From Octopus sinensis (taxonomy: Eukaryota): a DNA stretch of 64,000 bases. The notes beneath the pieces are model-generated. The model did no database searches. It was not told the origin of the DNA and saw only the letters and a list, made by a program, of their open reading frames with translations. A program made the translations under genes and the position numbers. The stretch is from NCBI RefSeq assembly GCF_006345805.1, contig NW_021835974.1, positions 1 to 64,000 on the forward strand. Reading direction: 5' to 3'. Numbering within the stretch: position 1 is the first letter of the stretch; each line of letters begins with the position of its first letter. This document shows, one piece after another, positions 1 through 11,057 of the stretch.

Positions 1-14
1 AGATAGGGATGGAT

Positions 15-53
<39 letters not shown>

Positions 54-200
54 TAGGTAGGTATGTATGTAGGTACGTAGGTAGGTAGGTATGTATGTAT
101 GCAGGTAGGTAGGTAGGTAGGTAGGTAGGTAGGTAGGTAGGTAGGTAGGTAGGTAGGTAGGTAGGTAGGTGGACGAACAGTTAGATAGATAGATATAATA
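1..200. repeat. (AGAT)n/(AGGT)n microsatellite
   Basis: Directly visible tetranucleotide runs. Confidence 0.95.
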
Positions 201-422
201 TGTGTGTATAAGCGCTTGTGTGTGCGTGTGTGTGCGTGTGTTACATATAAAGAAAAGTCAAGCATAAGTCGGCAATAGGTACTTTATAAATCAGTAGAAC
301 TTGACATAGTCGGGCCGTCGTCGAGTGAAGTGACAGCCGTATTAGAGAAAGCTTTTCTCGGGGTAAAGACCATAACGTAACACGTTGCAAGACCTAAAAC
401 AAAACCTATCAAAATAGCTGAT

Positions 423-501
423 GAGTCAACTGTAGGAGTCAACTATAAGAGTCAACTGTAGGAGTCAACTATAGGAGTCAACTGTAGGAGTCAACTGTAG
501 G
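423..501 (+). repeat. 13-bp tandem repeat GAGTCAACT(G/A)TA(G/A), about 6 copies
   Basis: gagtcaactgtag gagtcaactataa gagtcaactgtag gagtcaactatag gagtcaactgtag gagtcaactgtag read directly. Confidence 0.9.
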
Positions 502-958
502 CCAACGATTATTCAATGTAACTGTTTCCACCTTCACTTATCGAGTATTATTTCTTATACATATATGTATAAATGTGTGTGAGTGCGTATATGTGTGTTT
601 GTATAAATGTAAACGTGTAATTATATGTATAAATGTGTGTGTTTGTAGAAATGTAAACAAATCTTTGTTTGTCTTATTACAATCGTCGAAATGTGTATTG
701 TACGATAGAAATAAGGAGTTGATATTTTTCGAATGCTGAGTTACCGTTGGAACGGAGTCTTTGAGGGATATGGGTTCGAGTATTTCTGCTGTTCTAATGG
801 CAACCCTGCGTTCGAAAAAAAAAACTATCATTTTCTTATTTGTATCGTACAATGTGCGTGTGTGTGTGTGTGTGTGTGTGGTGTGTGTGTGTGTGAGAGA
901 GAGAGTATGTTTACATGTATGTATATACCTGTACGTAAAAACGTATGCTTATAATTAA

Positions 959-1190
959 AGCGGTGAGCTGGCAGAATCGTTAGCACGCCGGGCGAAATGC
1001 TCGCCAGTATTTCGTCTGCCGCTACGTTCTGAGTTCAAATTCCGCCGAGGTCGACTTTGCCTTTCATCCTTTCGGGGTCGATTAAATAAGTAGCAGTTAC
1101 GCACTGGGGTCGATATAATCGACTTAATCCGTTTGTCTCTCCTTGATTGTCCCCTCTGTGTTTAGCCTCTTGTTTACAATAAAGAAATAA
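959..1190 (+). mobile_element. tRNA-derived SINE, family A (head GGCGGCGAGCTGGCAG, core GCCTTTCATCCTTTCGGGGTCGAT, tail ...CCCCTTGTGGG..AATAAAGAAATA)
   Basis: Box-B-like GAGTTCAAATTCC; same sequence recurs more than 10 times in the window. Confidence 0.85.
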
Positions 1191-1482
1191 ATATATGCTT
1201 ATATTTAGAATACAACGGGAATGTATCTTAAAGCAAGAATTCACCGTCTCTCCTCGATAAACTAGACTTAATGCAATACACTTGATAATACTGAATAAAA
1301 GCTCATTCAGCCTATATACATATTAAAATGAAATTTATTCATTTTATCTCCTGCCTTTGAATCGAAATTTTATCTATTTATTTACTTCATATTATCACCT
1401 ATTTATTTACTTTTATGTATCTGTTGTACACACTTTTCCAGAGAATGATTTCTATACACGCTTAAACATTTGCACGCATATA

Positions 1483-1531
<49 letters not shown>

Positions 1532-1701
1532 GTGTGTGTGTGTTTGTGGGTGTGTATATATATATTATAAACTTATATTACGTTATTATATGTATTTAGG
1601 TGGTGTATATATATATATATATGTATGTATGTATGTATGCATGTATGTATGTATGTATGCATGTATGTATGTATGTATGTATGCATGTATATATGTATGT
1701 A

Positions 1702-2993
1702 CGAGGGACGTTAAATAAGTAATGCCCCTGACCCACTTGCAGTTGTTTGATCTAGCTGGAATTTTGCATGTGCAATTATTTATATCTCTATAGATTGAGT
1801 GGCAAATTACAGCTCTGAACTAATAGTGGTTTCTGATTTACAGGTGTTTGAACTGAGTCAAGTGTGAAATGGAGCCTGTTGAGTGTCGAGCAGTGATCCG
1901 GCTTTTGTATTTGAAAGGACGCACGCCACTTGAGACTTTTGATGAAATGAAAGTAACTTATGGTGATGATGCCCCATCATATGACCTTGTAAAACGCTGG
2001 TATCGTGAATTCAAACATGGTCGGAACTCTGTGGAAACAGCTCCAAGATCTGGTCGCCCCCTTCTGCCATTGATGAGGCATCTGTCCGTCAAGTTGAGGC
2101 TGCCATTTTGGAAGATCGACGCATAACTATTCGCCAAATAGCCCATGAGGTCAAGATTAGTACCGGGTCTGTGGAAACTATCATTCATGACCATTTGCAT
2201 ATGCAAAAGGTGTCTGCCAGATGGATTCCCAGGTTGCTCACACCTTTCCAGAAGCAAGAACGCGTCGAGTGCTCGAGGATGAATTTGGAGATGTGCCAAG
2301 AAGATGAGTCAAAATTTTTCAAAAGACTGATTAAACAGGATGAAACCTGGGTCCATCACTATGATCCAGAGACCAAAGCCCAGTCAATGCAGTGGAAGCA
2401 CCGTGACTCACCTCCTCCAAAGAAGGCAAGGACGCAGCCCACCGCTAGCAAGGTCATGCTCACAGTCTTCTGGGACCAGGACGGAGTAGTGAAGACAGAT
2501 TTCCTGGCAAAGGGTATCACAATTACAGGAGCCTATTATGCTTCACTTTTGAGGAAATTAAGAGAAGTTATCAAAATCAAGAGGCGGGGCAAGATCAGCA
2601 AAGGCATCCTCCTCCTGCAGGACAACGCTCCGGTCCACAACTCGCGTGTCGCCAGATCAGAAGCATGGGCGTGCGGCTATGAACTCCTTCCCCATCCCCC
2701 CTACTCTCCTGACCTTGTACCCTCTGATTTTCACCTCTTCCCAGCCATGAAGTTGTTTTTGAAAGGAAAGCGTTTCCCAGATGATGCAGCCTTGATTTCT
2801 GAAGTCACGTCGTGGTTGCAGGACCAAGCTGGGGTCTTCTACAAAATCGGTCTCCAGAGCTGCATCAAACGATGGGAGAAATGCATAACTCTGAGTAGTT
2901 CCTATGTAGAAAGAGACTAATAACTGTGCCAAGTTTCGTTGCTCTACTGCTATGGGAAGTGGGTCAGAGGCATTACTTATTGAACGCCCCTCG
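1702..2993 (+). mobile_element. Mariner (DD34D) transposon, 1292 bp, full length
   Basis: 37-bp TIRs CGAGGGACGTTAAATAAGTAATGCCCCTGACCCACTT with 3 mismatches, TA on both sides, internal transposase. Confidence 0.95.
1869..2920 (+). pseudogene. Mariner transposase with one frameshift near 2060
   Basis: ORFs 1869-2126 and 2108-2920 join to about 350 aa; motifs WIPRLL, DETW, DNAPVH and YSPDLVPSD; 34 residues between the second and third Asp. Confidence 0.93.
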
Positions 2994-3071
2994 TATGTAT
3001 ATATGTATGTATATATGTATGTATGTATATATGTATGTATGTATGTATGTATATATGCATGTATGTATGTA

Positions 3072-3107
<36 letters not shown>

Positions 3108-3686
3108 TGTATGCATGTATATATGTATTTTGTATGTATGTATATATGTATGTATGTATGTATGTATATATATATATATGTATGTATGTATATATGCATG
3201 TATGTATGTATATATGTACGTATGTATGTATGTATGTATGTATGTATGTATGTATGTATGTATGTATGCATGTATGTATGTATGTAGTATGTATGTATGT
3301 ATGTATGTATGTATGTATGTATGTATGTATGTATGTATGCATGTATGTATGTATGTATGTATGAATGTATGTATGTATGTATGTAAGCATGTGTGTATGC
3401 GTTGCCACATACTTAGATCATTATCTCTGCACCTAGCTGTTCCATTCAGCGTTTCTGCTGAAGCTGAAGGCGGAAGCTTCATTAGCAATTCCCCATGTCG
3501 AGTGTCACAATGTTCAGCCTACATATGTTCGGCGTTATTAACACCGAATGGACCGACTGTCTGCAGCATACATACATATATACATACATACATATATACA
3601 TTCATACATACATACTTACATACATACATGCATACATGCATGCATACATACATACATATATATATATATTATATATATATATATAA

Positions 3687-3726
<40 letters not shown>

Positions 3727-3908
3727 ATATACATGCATACATATAATATATATATATATATGTATGTATATATACATGCATACATATAATATATATATAT
3801 AAATACATACATATATAAAGATACACACACACACTCACACTCGCACACACACACACACACACACTCACACACACATTTATACCGTAGTAATATATATATA
3901 TATATATA
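2994..3908. repeat. (TATG)n/(CATA)n/(TA)n microsatellite complex with a unique 150-bp island (3400-3566)
   Basis: Direct reading. Confidence 0.9.
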
Positions 3909-3909
3909 C

Positions 3910-4847
3910 GCGAGAAAGAAGCAACAAGAATGGATAGGTTTTTAGTACAATCGTTTCATACAAGGACAGGCTTTATTAAAAGTTGCAAAAATTGCAGCAT
4001 ATAAACGTGTCCCGTACTCATCAGCTAAAATACATGTGAGTTCTCTAGACATCCTAGTGGTTGAGGCTATACTCATGAAGTAATGTAGATAATTAAGTAA
4101 CATAAACAGATTTCCAAAGTTCATTAAAGTTCTTTAAAGATGATGTACAGTCTTATCACAGAATTTTAAAAAAGGTTTTAAAGCATCACAGAGAAGATGA
4201 CTTAATCCATAGTGTACATATGAATTTCCAGAGATATGAGGAGGGATTACATACTCACAGACGACAAATTTATCCATTGCTAATCACAACGAGGTGGGTC
4301 TCAATTCCTGCTTATTAGCATTACAGAGAGGGTGAATTAATCCTTTGCATAGATGCACAATTTCCAATGGTGTAGATGTAAATTTCCAGAGAAATGAAGA
4401 GGAATTTCATATTCACAGGCGATAAATTTATCAATGGTTGAACACAATGAGGTAGGTATCAATTCTTGCTATATGATTAGGTATTTGCCACATTAATCAC
4501 ATTACTGCTATTTTCAAGAGACTGTAGCTATTTAACTTTTAAAGGCTGAAGGGCTTTCTAGAGAGGCAAAGAACAGAAAAGGGAAGGATGTCTAGAGAAC
4601 TCACATGTATTTTAGCTGATGAGTACGGGACACGTTTATATGCTGCAATTTTTGCAACTTTTAATAAAGCCTGTCCTTGTATGAAACGATTGTACTAAAA
4701 ACCTATCCATTCTTGTTGCTTCTTTCTCGCTTATAATCACCCCACATTACTGTATTGTTAAAACCGTATAGTTTTTTTGGTGCATCTAAGTTAGGTACCA
4801 TATTCAAGTAAATTCATTTAAATTAACTTGAATCTTTATTGCTTTTT

Positions 4848-4848
<1 letters not shown>
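3910..4848. mobile_element. Fold-back element: 145-bp inverted repeats (3910-4054, 4586-4730), 531-bp core, one-sided 118-bp extension, (TA)n flanks
   Basis: Arms are reverse complements by eye; homologous element at 48062-48452. Confidence 0.85.
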
Positions 4849-4886
<38 letters not shown>

Positions 4887-5010
4887 TTAATAAGGGTGAG
4901 AGAATTAGATACTAATTTAATAGTATATCTATTCAACACCAAGTGGCCTAGTGCTCCGAGAAAACTGGATTATTATAATATTTTATAACATATTATAATA
5001 TTTTTACAAA

Positions 5011-5088
5011 ATAAATATAAGAGAGTGGTCACTATATGGCTCACTCTAGCTAGAGTGAGCCATATAGTGACCACTCTCTTATATTTAT
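5011..5088. repeat. Perfect 78-bp palindrome without spacer
   Basis: ataaatataagagagtggtcactatatggctcactctag | ctagagtgagccatatagtgaccactctcttatatttat. Confidence 0.95.
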
Positions 5089-5106
5089 ATTATATATTAT
5101 ATATAT

Positions 5107-5140
<34 letters not shown>

Positions 5141-5154
5141 ATATATATATATTA

Positions 5155-5503
5155 CTACGGCACTCCGTCGGATAAGGCGACGAGTGTTCGAGCTGATCCG
5201 ATCAACGGAACAGGCTGCTCGTGAAATTAAAGTGCAAGTGGGTGAGTACTCCACAGACACGTGTACCCTTAACGTAGTTCTCGGGGAGATTCAGCGTGAC
5301 ACAGAGTGTGACAGGGCTGGCCATTTGAAATACAAGCACAACAGAAACAGGAAGAGAGAAAGAATGAGAGAAAGTACAGCAGGGTTTACCACAAATACCT
5401 GCCAGAGCCTCGTGGAGGTTTGGGTGTTTTCGCTCAATAAACACTCACAACGCCCGGACTGCGATGCTATGACCGCGAGTTCGCTTCCCTAACCACTGGG
5501 CCA
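5155..5503 (-). mobile_element. tRNA-headed SINE, family C; related pieces at 16630-16750 and 34000-34200
   Basis: Minus strand starts GGCCCAGTGGTTAGGGAAGCGAAC (tRNA-like); internal GAGTACTCCACAGACAC is shared with 34100-34130 in the opposite orientation. Confidence 0.6.
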
Positions 5504-5719
5504 TATATATATATATTCGAACACGTGGATTCTGTTGAGACCAGTAAGAAACAATTATGAACTTTTTTATTACACTTAACTTTTTAAAATATTTTTATAA
5601 GGTTCGTTTTTTCAAGAAGAACCGAAACATGTAAAATTTCTAAGAAAATTAAAATTTATCTTATATAGTGGCGTTTTCAAACTTCTTTTTTATAAATATA
5701 TATATATATATATATATAC

Positions 5720-5985
5720 AGAAAATAGTAAAAAGTTAAAAAACTACAGAAGGCTTGTTTTAAAAGGTTAAAAAATATATATTTGAGTCATTATGTCTGA
5801 AGAATGTTATAATTTTTTTTTCATACAATGACATAGTTTTTGTCATACAATGACATAGTTTCTTCAAAAACTATGTCATTGTATGAAAAAATTTATAACA
5901 TTCTTCAGGCATAATGACTCAAATATATATTTTTTAACCTTTTAAAACAAGCCTTCTGTAGTTTTTTCACTTTTTACTATTTTCT
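5720..5985. repeat. Fold-back element, about 122-bp arms with duplicated tip as spacer
   Basis: 5720-5842 is the near-exact reverse complement of 5865-5985; spacer repeats tcatacaatgacatagttt. Confidence 0.9.
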
Positions 5986-6382
5986 ATATATTCAACCACG
6001 TGCTTTCACACACCAACTTTCTCACCTATATATATATATATATATATATCACACACACATATATATCTCAACCTATAATAATCTTAGAGTATCCTCCCTA
6101 AGAGGATACTCTGAGATTATTCGTATTATAGTGTGAATTTTCCTCGTTTAGTCTCTGTAATTACTTTTTTATATAATAAGTATATCTATATACATTACCC
6201 TCATAATGAGCTCTACATTCGATGATGCGTGCATTGCGTAGAATATACATTTGCCTGTTTTACCACATCTACATGACTCAGTGTGTGCGCGGGCGTGTGT
6301 GTGTGTTTGTGTGTAATTTTGTTTATATGAAGGAGTGTAAGTATCTCCATATATAGTTATATGTATATTGTAAGGCTAGTAC

Positions 6383-6930
6383 TTATTCCATCGTTTCTTT
6401 TGCCGAACCGCTGAGTTACGGGGACATAGACACACCATCATCGGTTGTCAAGCGATGGTGGGTGCACAAACACAGACACACGAACATATATATAATATAT
6501 GGGGTTGATTTGTTCGACTAAAGGCGGTGCTCCAGCATGGCCGCAGTCAAATGACTGAAATAAATAAAAGAGTGTGTATTTTCTTATCTTTTATCTTCTA
6601 CTTCTTTCACTCATTAGACTGCGGCCATGCTGGAGCACCGCCATGAAGAATTTTAGAGGAACGAATCGATCCCAGTACTTTGTTATTTTTTTAAAAGCCT
6701 GCTACTTATTCTATCGGCCCATTTTATCGAACCACTTAGTTAAGGGGCACGTAAACATTCCAACAATATTTGTCAAGTGGTCGGGGCAAAATAACATACA
6801 CACACACACACTTCTTTCAGTTTTCGCAAGGCTTTGGTCAGCTCGAGGCCACAGGAGAAGACATTTGCTCTAGGTGCGAGATAGTGGGTCTGAACCCGGA
6901 ACCATGTGGTCGGGAAGCAAGCTTCTTACC
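6383..6930. mobile_element. CORE-type SINE (family B) fragments, including a tail-to-tail pair
   Basis: Tail GGCGGTGCTCCAGCATGGCCGCAGTC at about 6523 (+) and 6617-6642 (-); tRNA-like head at about 6880-6930 (-). Confidence 0.75.
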
Positions 6931-7112
6931 CTCACAGCCACATTATACGATCATATTTTCGTAGACTTTATTGTGCGTATAGAACTGAGTGTTTGTATGC
7001 ATTTCTGCATGTGCACATTTGTATATGTGAATGCATTCCAAACCGATCCTACTCACGTGCGCTTACAAATACGGACCTGCCACTGGACCTGCCACCGGTA
7101 ATCACGCAAGGC

Positions 7113-8045
7113 GGCGAGCTGGCAGAAACGTTAGCACGCCGGGCGAAATGCTTAGCGGTATTTAAATAATAATAATAATAATGAAATTATTGTATACAGT
7201 GCTCAGGTGCACCACAACTTGTCAGAAAGTGCATATAAAGTACATGCAGTAATGTAGAAATGTCTGGAAAGTGAACATGCTTGTGTGTGTATGGAGGGGA
7301 GAAAATCAAGTGTAGTGTTGGCGAATCTCAGGAAGCATGGAAGTCTTGAAGGATGCAGTGCTCCGACAACTAACAACCGATGCCTGCAGTTTGTTCCACG
7401 CTTCAGCAACTCTCAGCGTGAAAAAATGTTTCCTGAAGTCATGGGAGCTGTGCTGTTTTCTTACTTTGTAAATATGTCCACGGGTGTTAGATGGGTGGAG
7501 TTTCGTCTGCGTTACGTTGTGAGTTCAAATTCCGCCGAGGTTGACTTTGCCTTTCATCTTTTCGGGGTCGATAAATTAAGTACCAGTTACGCACTGGGGT
7601 CGATGTAATCGACTTAATACCTATGTCTGTCCTTGTTTGTCTCCTCTATGTTTAGCCCCTTGTGGGTAATAAAGAAATAGGTATTTCGTCTGCGTTACGT
7701 TTTGAGTTCAAATTCCGCCGAGGTTGACTTTGCCTTTCATCTTTTCGGGGTCGATAAATTAAGTACCAGTTACGTACTGGGGTCGATGTAATCGACTTAA
7801 TACCTATGTCTGTCCTTGTTTGTCCCCTCTGTGTTTAGCCCCTTGTGGGTAATAAAGAAATAGGTATTTCGTCTGCGTTACGTTGTGAGTTCAAATTCCG
7901 CCGAGGTTGACTTTGCCTTTCATCTTTTCGAGGTCGATAAATTAAGTACCAGTTACGCACTGGGGTCGATGTAATCGACTTAATACCTATGTCTGTCCTT
8001 GTTTGTCCCCTCTATGTTTAGCCCCTTGTGGGTAATAAAGGAATA
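7113..8045 (+). mobile_element. Family A SINE with a triplicated 183-bp body, interrupted by a CR1 fragment
   Basis: Head at 7113-7165; bodies start at 7501, 7684 and 7867; 16-bp TSD GGTAATCACGCAAGGC at 7097-7112 and 8046-8061. Confidence 0.9.
7166..7500 (-). mobile_element. CR1-group LINE 3' fragment with (ATT)n tail
   Basis: Minus strand encodes YKVRKQHSSHDFRKHFFTLRVAEAWNKLQASVVSCRSTASFK, a typical CR1 ORF2 C-terminus. Confidence 0.8.
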
Positions 8046-8224
8046 GGTAATCACGCAAGGCAATTCAGTCGGTAAGACATTCGGTGTACCGACGATTGAT
8101 CTGACAACATTGCTAATCTTGCTTGAAGAAGGAGGAAAGGATTTTTAAACAGTCTCCAGAATAGTAAATAAAGCTTACCAACCGACGGATGACTTCAAGG
8201 GGGTCAGAGAGCATTCAGTAGGGT

Positions 8225-8375
8225 GTACAGATTCATGTACACAAATGTGCATATATGTGAGCGTGCCTCTGCGTGTGTGTGTATGTGTGTGTGTGCATAT
8301 ATGTGAACGTGCCTGTGTGTGTGTATGTGTGTGTGTGCGTGAGCGTGCCTACGTGTTGTGCGTATAAATCTGTGT

Positions 8376-8410
<35 letters not shown>

Positions 8411-9890
8411 CATATATGTGAGCGTACCTGCATGTGTGTGTATGTGTGCATATATGTGAGTGTGCCTGCGCGCGTGCGTATGTGTGTGCATTTATGTGAG
8501 CGTGCCTGTGTGTGTGTGTGAGTGTACGTTTGCATATATGTGAGCGTGCCTGCGTGCGTGTGTGTGTATGTGTGTGTGCTTATATGTGAGCGTGCCTGCA
8601 TGTGTGTTTGTGTGTGTGTGCATATATGTGAGCGTGCCTGTGTGTGTGTACGCATGCATATATGTGAGCGTGCCTGCGTGTATGTGTATGTGTGCATATA
8701 TGTGAGTGTGCCTGCGCGCGTGCGTATGTGTGTGCATATATGTGAGCGTGCCTGTGTGTGTGTGTGCGTGTGCATATACGTGAGCGTGCCTGCGTGCGTG
8801 TGTGTGTATGTGTGTGTGTGCTTATATGTGGGCGTGCCTGCATGTGTGTTTGTGTGTGTGTGCATATTGTGAGCGTGCCTGCATGTGTGTTTGTGTGTGT
8901 GTGCATATATGTGAGCGTGCCTGTGTGTGTGTACGGCATGCATATATGTGAGCGTGCCTGCGTGTATGTGTATGTGTGCATATATGTGAGTGTGCCTGCG
9001 CGCGTGCGTATGTGTGTGCATATATGTGAGCGTGCCTGTGTGTGTGTGTGCGTGTGCATATACGTGAGCGTGCCTGCGTGCGTGTGTGTGTATGTGTGTG
9101 TGTGCTTATATGTGGGCGTGCCTGCATGTGTGTTTGTGTGTGTGTGCATATATGTGAGCGTGCCTGTGTGTGTGTATGTGAGCATATATGTGAGCGTGCC
9201 TGCGTGTATGTGTATGTGTGCATATATGTGAGTGTGCCTGCGCGCGTGCGTATGTGTGTGCATATATGTGAGCGTGCCTACCTGTGTGTGTATGTGTGCA
9301 TATATGTGAGTGTGCCTGCGCGCGTGCGTATGTGTGCATATATGTGAGCGTGCCTACCTGTGTGTGTATGTGTGCATATATGTGAGTGTGCCTGCGCGCG
9401 TGCGTATGTGTGTGCATATATGTGAGCGTGCCTGTGTGTGTGTGCGTGTGCATATATGTGAGCGTGCCTGCGTGTGTGCGTATGTGTGTGCATATATGTG
9501 AGCGTGCCTGCGTGTGTGTGTAGGTGTGCATATATGTGAGCGTGCCTGTATGTGAGTGTATGCATGCATATATGTGAGCGTGCCTGCGTGTGTGTGTACG
9601 TGTGCATATATGTGAGCGTGCCTGTATGTGAGTGTATGCATGCATATATGTGAGCGTGCCTGCGTGTGTGTGTGCGTATGCATATATGTGAGTGTGCCCG
9701 CGCGCCTGCGTATGTGTGTGCATATATGTGAGCGTGTCTGCGTGTGTGTGTGCGTGTGCATATATGTGAGTGTGCCCGCGCGCCTGCGTATGTGTGTGTG
9801 ATTATATGTAAGTGTGCCTGCATGTGTATTTGTGTGTGTGTGTGTGTGTATGTGTGTGTATGTGTGTGTGTGTTGTGTGTGTGTGTGGCT
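8225..9890. repeat. Minisatellite GCATATATGTGAGCGTGCCT(GC/GT)n with higher-order block duplication
   Basis: Anchor motif recurs every 25-40 bp; the block at about 8655-8868 reappears at about 8938-9150. Confidence 0.9.
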
Positions 9891-10175
9891 CTGTGTTTGT
9901 ATTTGCCTCGCATGACCTCTTGAGAACCAGTGTGCGTTGGTTTTTTTAACTCCTCATAATTCAATTAGTGAAATAAGTACAAAAAAAAAACATAATTAGT
10001 AATCATGTAACAACAATCACTAAAGTCTATGTCTGCCTTCAGGCTCCGATGAACATATTAAATGTTTCATCTTTGCATTTGCTGAACGGCACTTATTACA
10101 ACAACGATCCCCAAAAATTGTTTGTACTGAATGATATGAATGTAGTATCATAACTATGAATGGATGTAGTTATAA

Positions 10176-10404
10176 GGCGGCGAGCTGGCAGAAACGTTAG
10201 CACGCCGGGCGAAATGCTTTGCGGTATTTCGTCCGCCGCTGCGTTCTGAGTTCAAATTCCGCCGAGGTCGACTTTGCCTTTCATCCTTTCGGGGTCGATA
10301 AATTAAGTACCAGTTACGCACTGGGGTCGTTGTAATCGACTTAATTCGTTTGTCTGTCCTTGTTTGTCCCCTCTATGTTTAGCCCCTTGTGGGTAATAAG
10401 AAAA
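10176..10404 (+). mobile_element. Family A SINE, full length
   Basis: Same head, core and tail as 959-1190. Confidence 0.9.
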
Positions 10405-10619
10405 CATATATATGGATGTAGTATCATCTATACACTGGACAGAAGGTCTCAGTGTATAAATAACTGCATGTCACATAAATAGATAGCATCGAAGAAATAT
10501 TGGTTTGTAAGAGACGAGAAAATGCTGTTGATTATCCGTTTACACACACACACACACACCACACACACACATACATGTATATATATTCATATATATGTAA
10601 GCTCATGTATATATTCTGT

Positions 10620-10855
10620 TATTCTTTCATTCTTTCATTCCTTTACTTGTTTCACTCATTTGACTGCGGCCATGATGGAACACCGCCTTGAAGGTTTTTA
10701 ATCGAACAAATCGACTCCAGGACTTATTTTTTAAGCCTAGTACTTATTCCATCGGCTCTTTTGCCGAACTGCAAAGTTACGGGGACGCAAACACACCAAC
10801 ATTAGTTATCAAGCTGTGATGGGAGACAAATAAAGACACAAAGAAACACACACAT

Positions 10856-10902
<47 letters not shown>

Positions 10903-11057
10903 CGACAGGCTTTCAGTTTCTTTCTACCAAATCCACTCACAAATCCACTGAGGCTATAGTAGAAGATACTTGCCTTGCCCAAGGTGACATGAGTGGGACT
11001 GAACCCGGAACCATGTGGTTTGGAAGCAAGCTTCTTACCACGTAGCCACGCCTGTGC
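10620..11057 (-). mobile_element. CORE-type SINE (family B)
   Basis: Reverse complement of the 50706-51109 copy; CORE-like CTTGGGCAAG...TCTTCTACTATAGCCTC. Confidence 0.8.

Noticed and set aside
3400-3566. Unique island with minus-strand AG and GTATGT splice-like signals
   Set aside because: All three minus frames contain stops; the open plus frame lacks a donor and is not recognisable.
2926-3874. [12 protein letters not shown] and LSIY ORFs here and throughout the window
   Set aside because: Microsatellite translations.
4617-4640. CTGATGAGTAC in the fold-back arm as a hammerhead core
   Set aside because: No stem II closing onto GAAA; the homologue at 48.3 kb reads CTGATGAATAC.
7501-8045. 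Regular 183-bp repeats as a possible CRISPR array or satellite
   Set aside because: No unique spacers; the units are SINE bodies.
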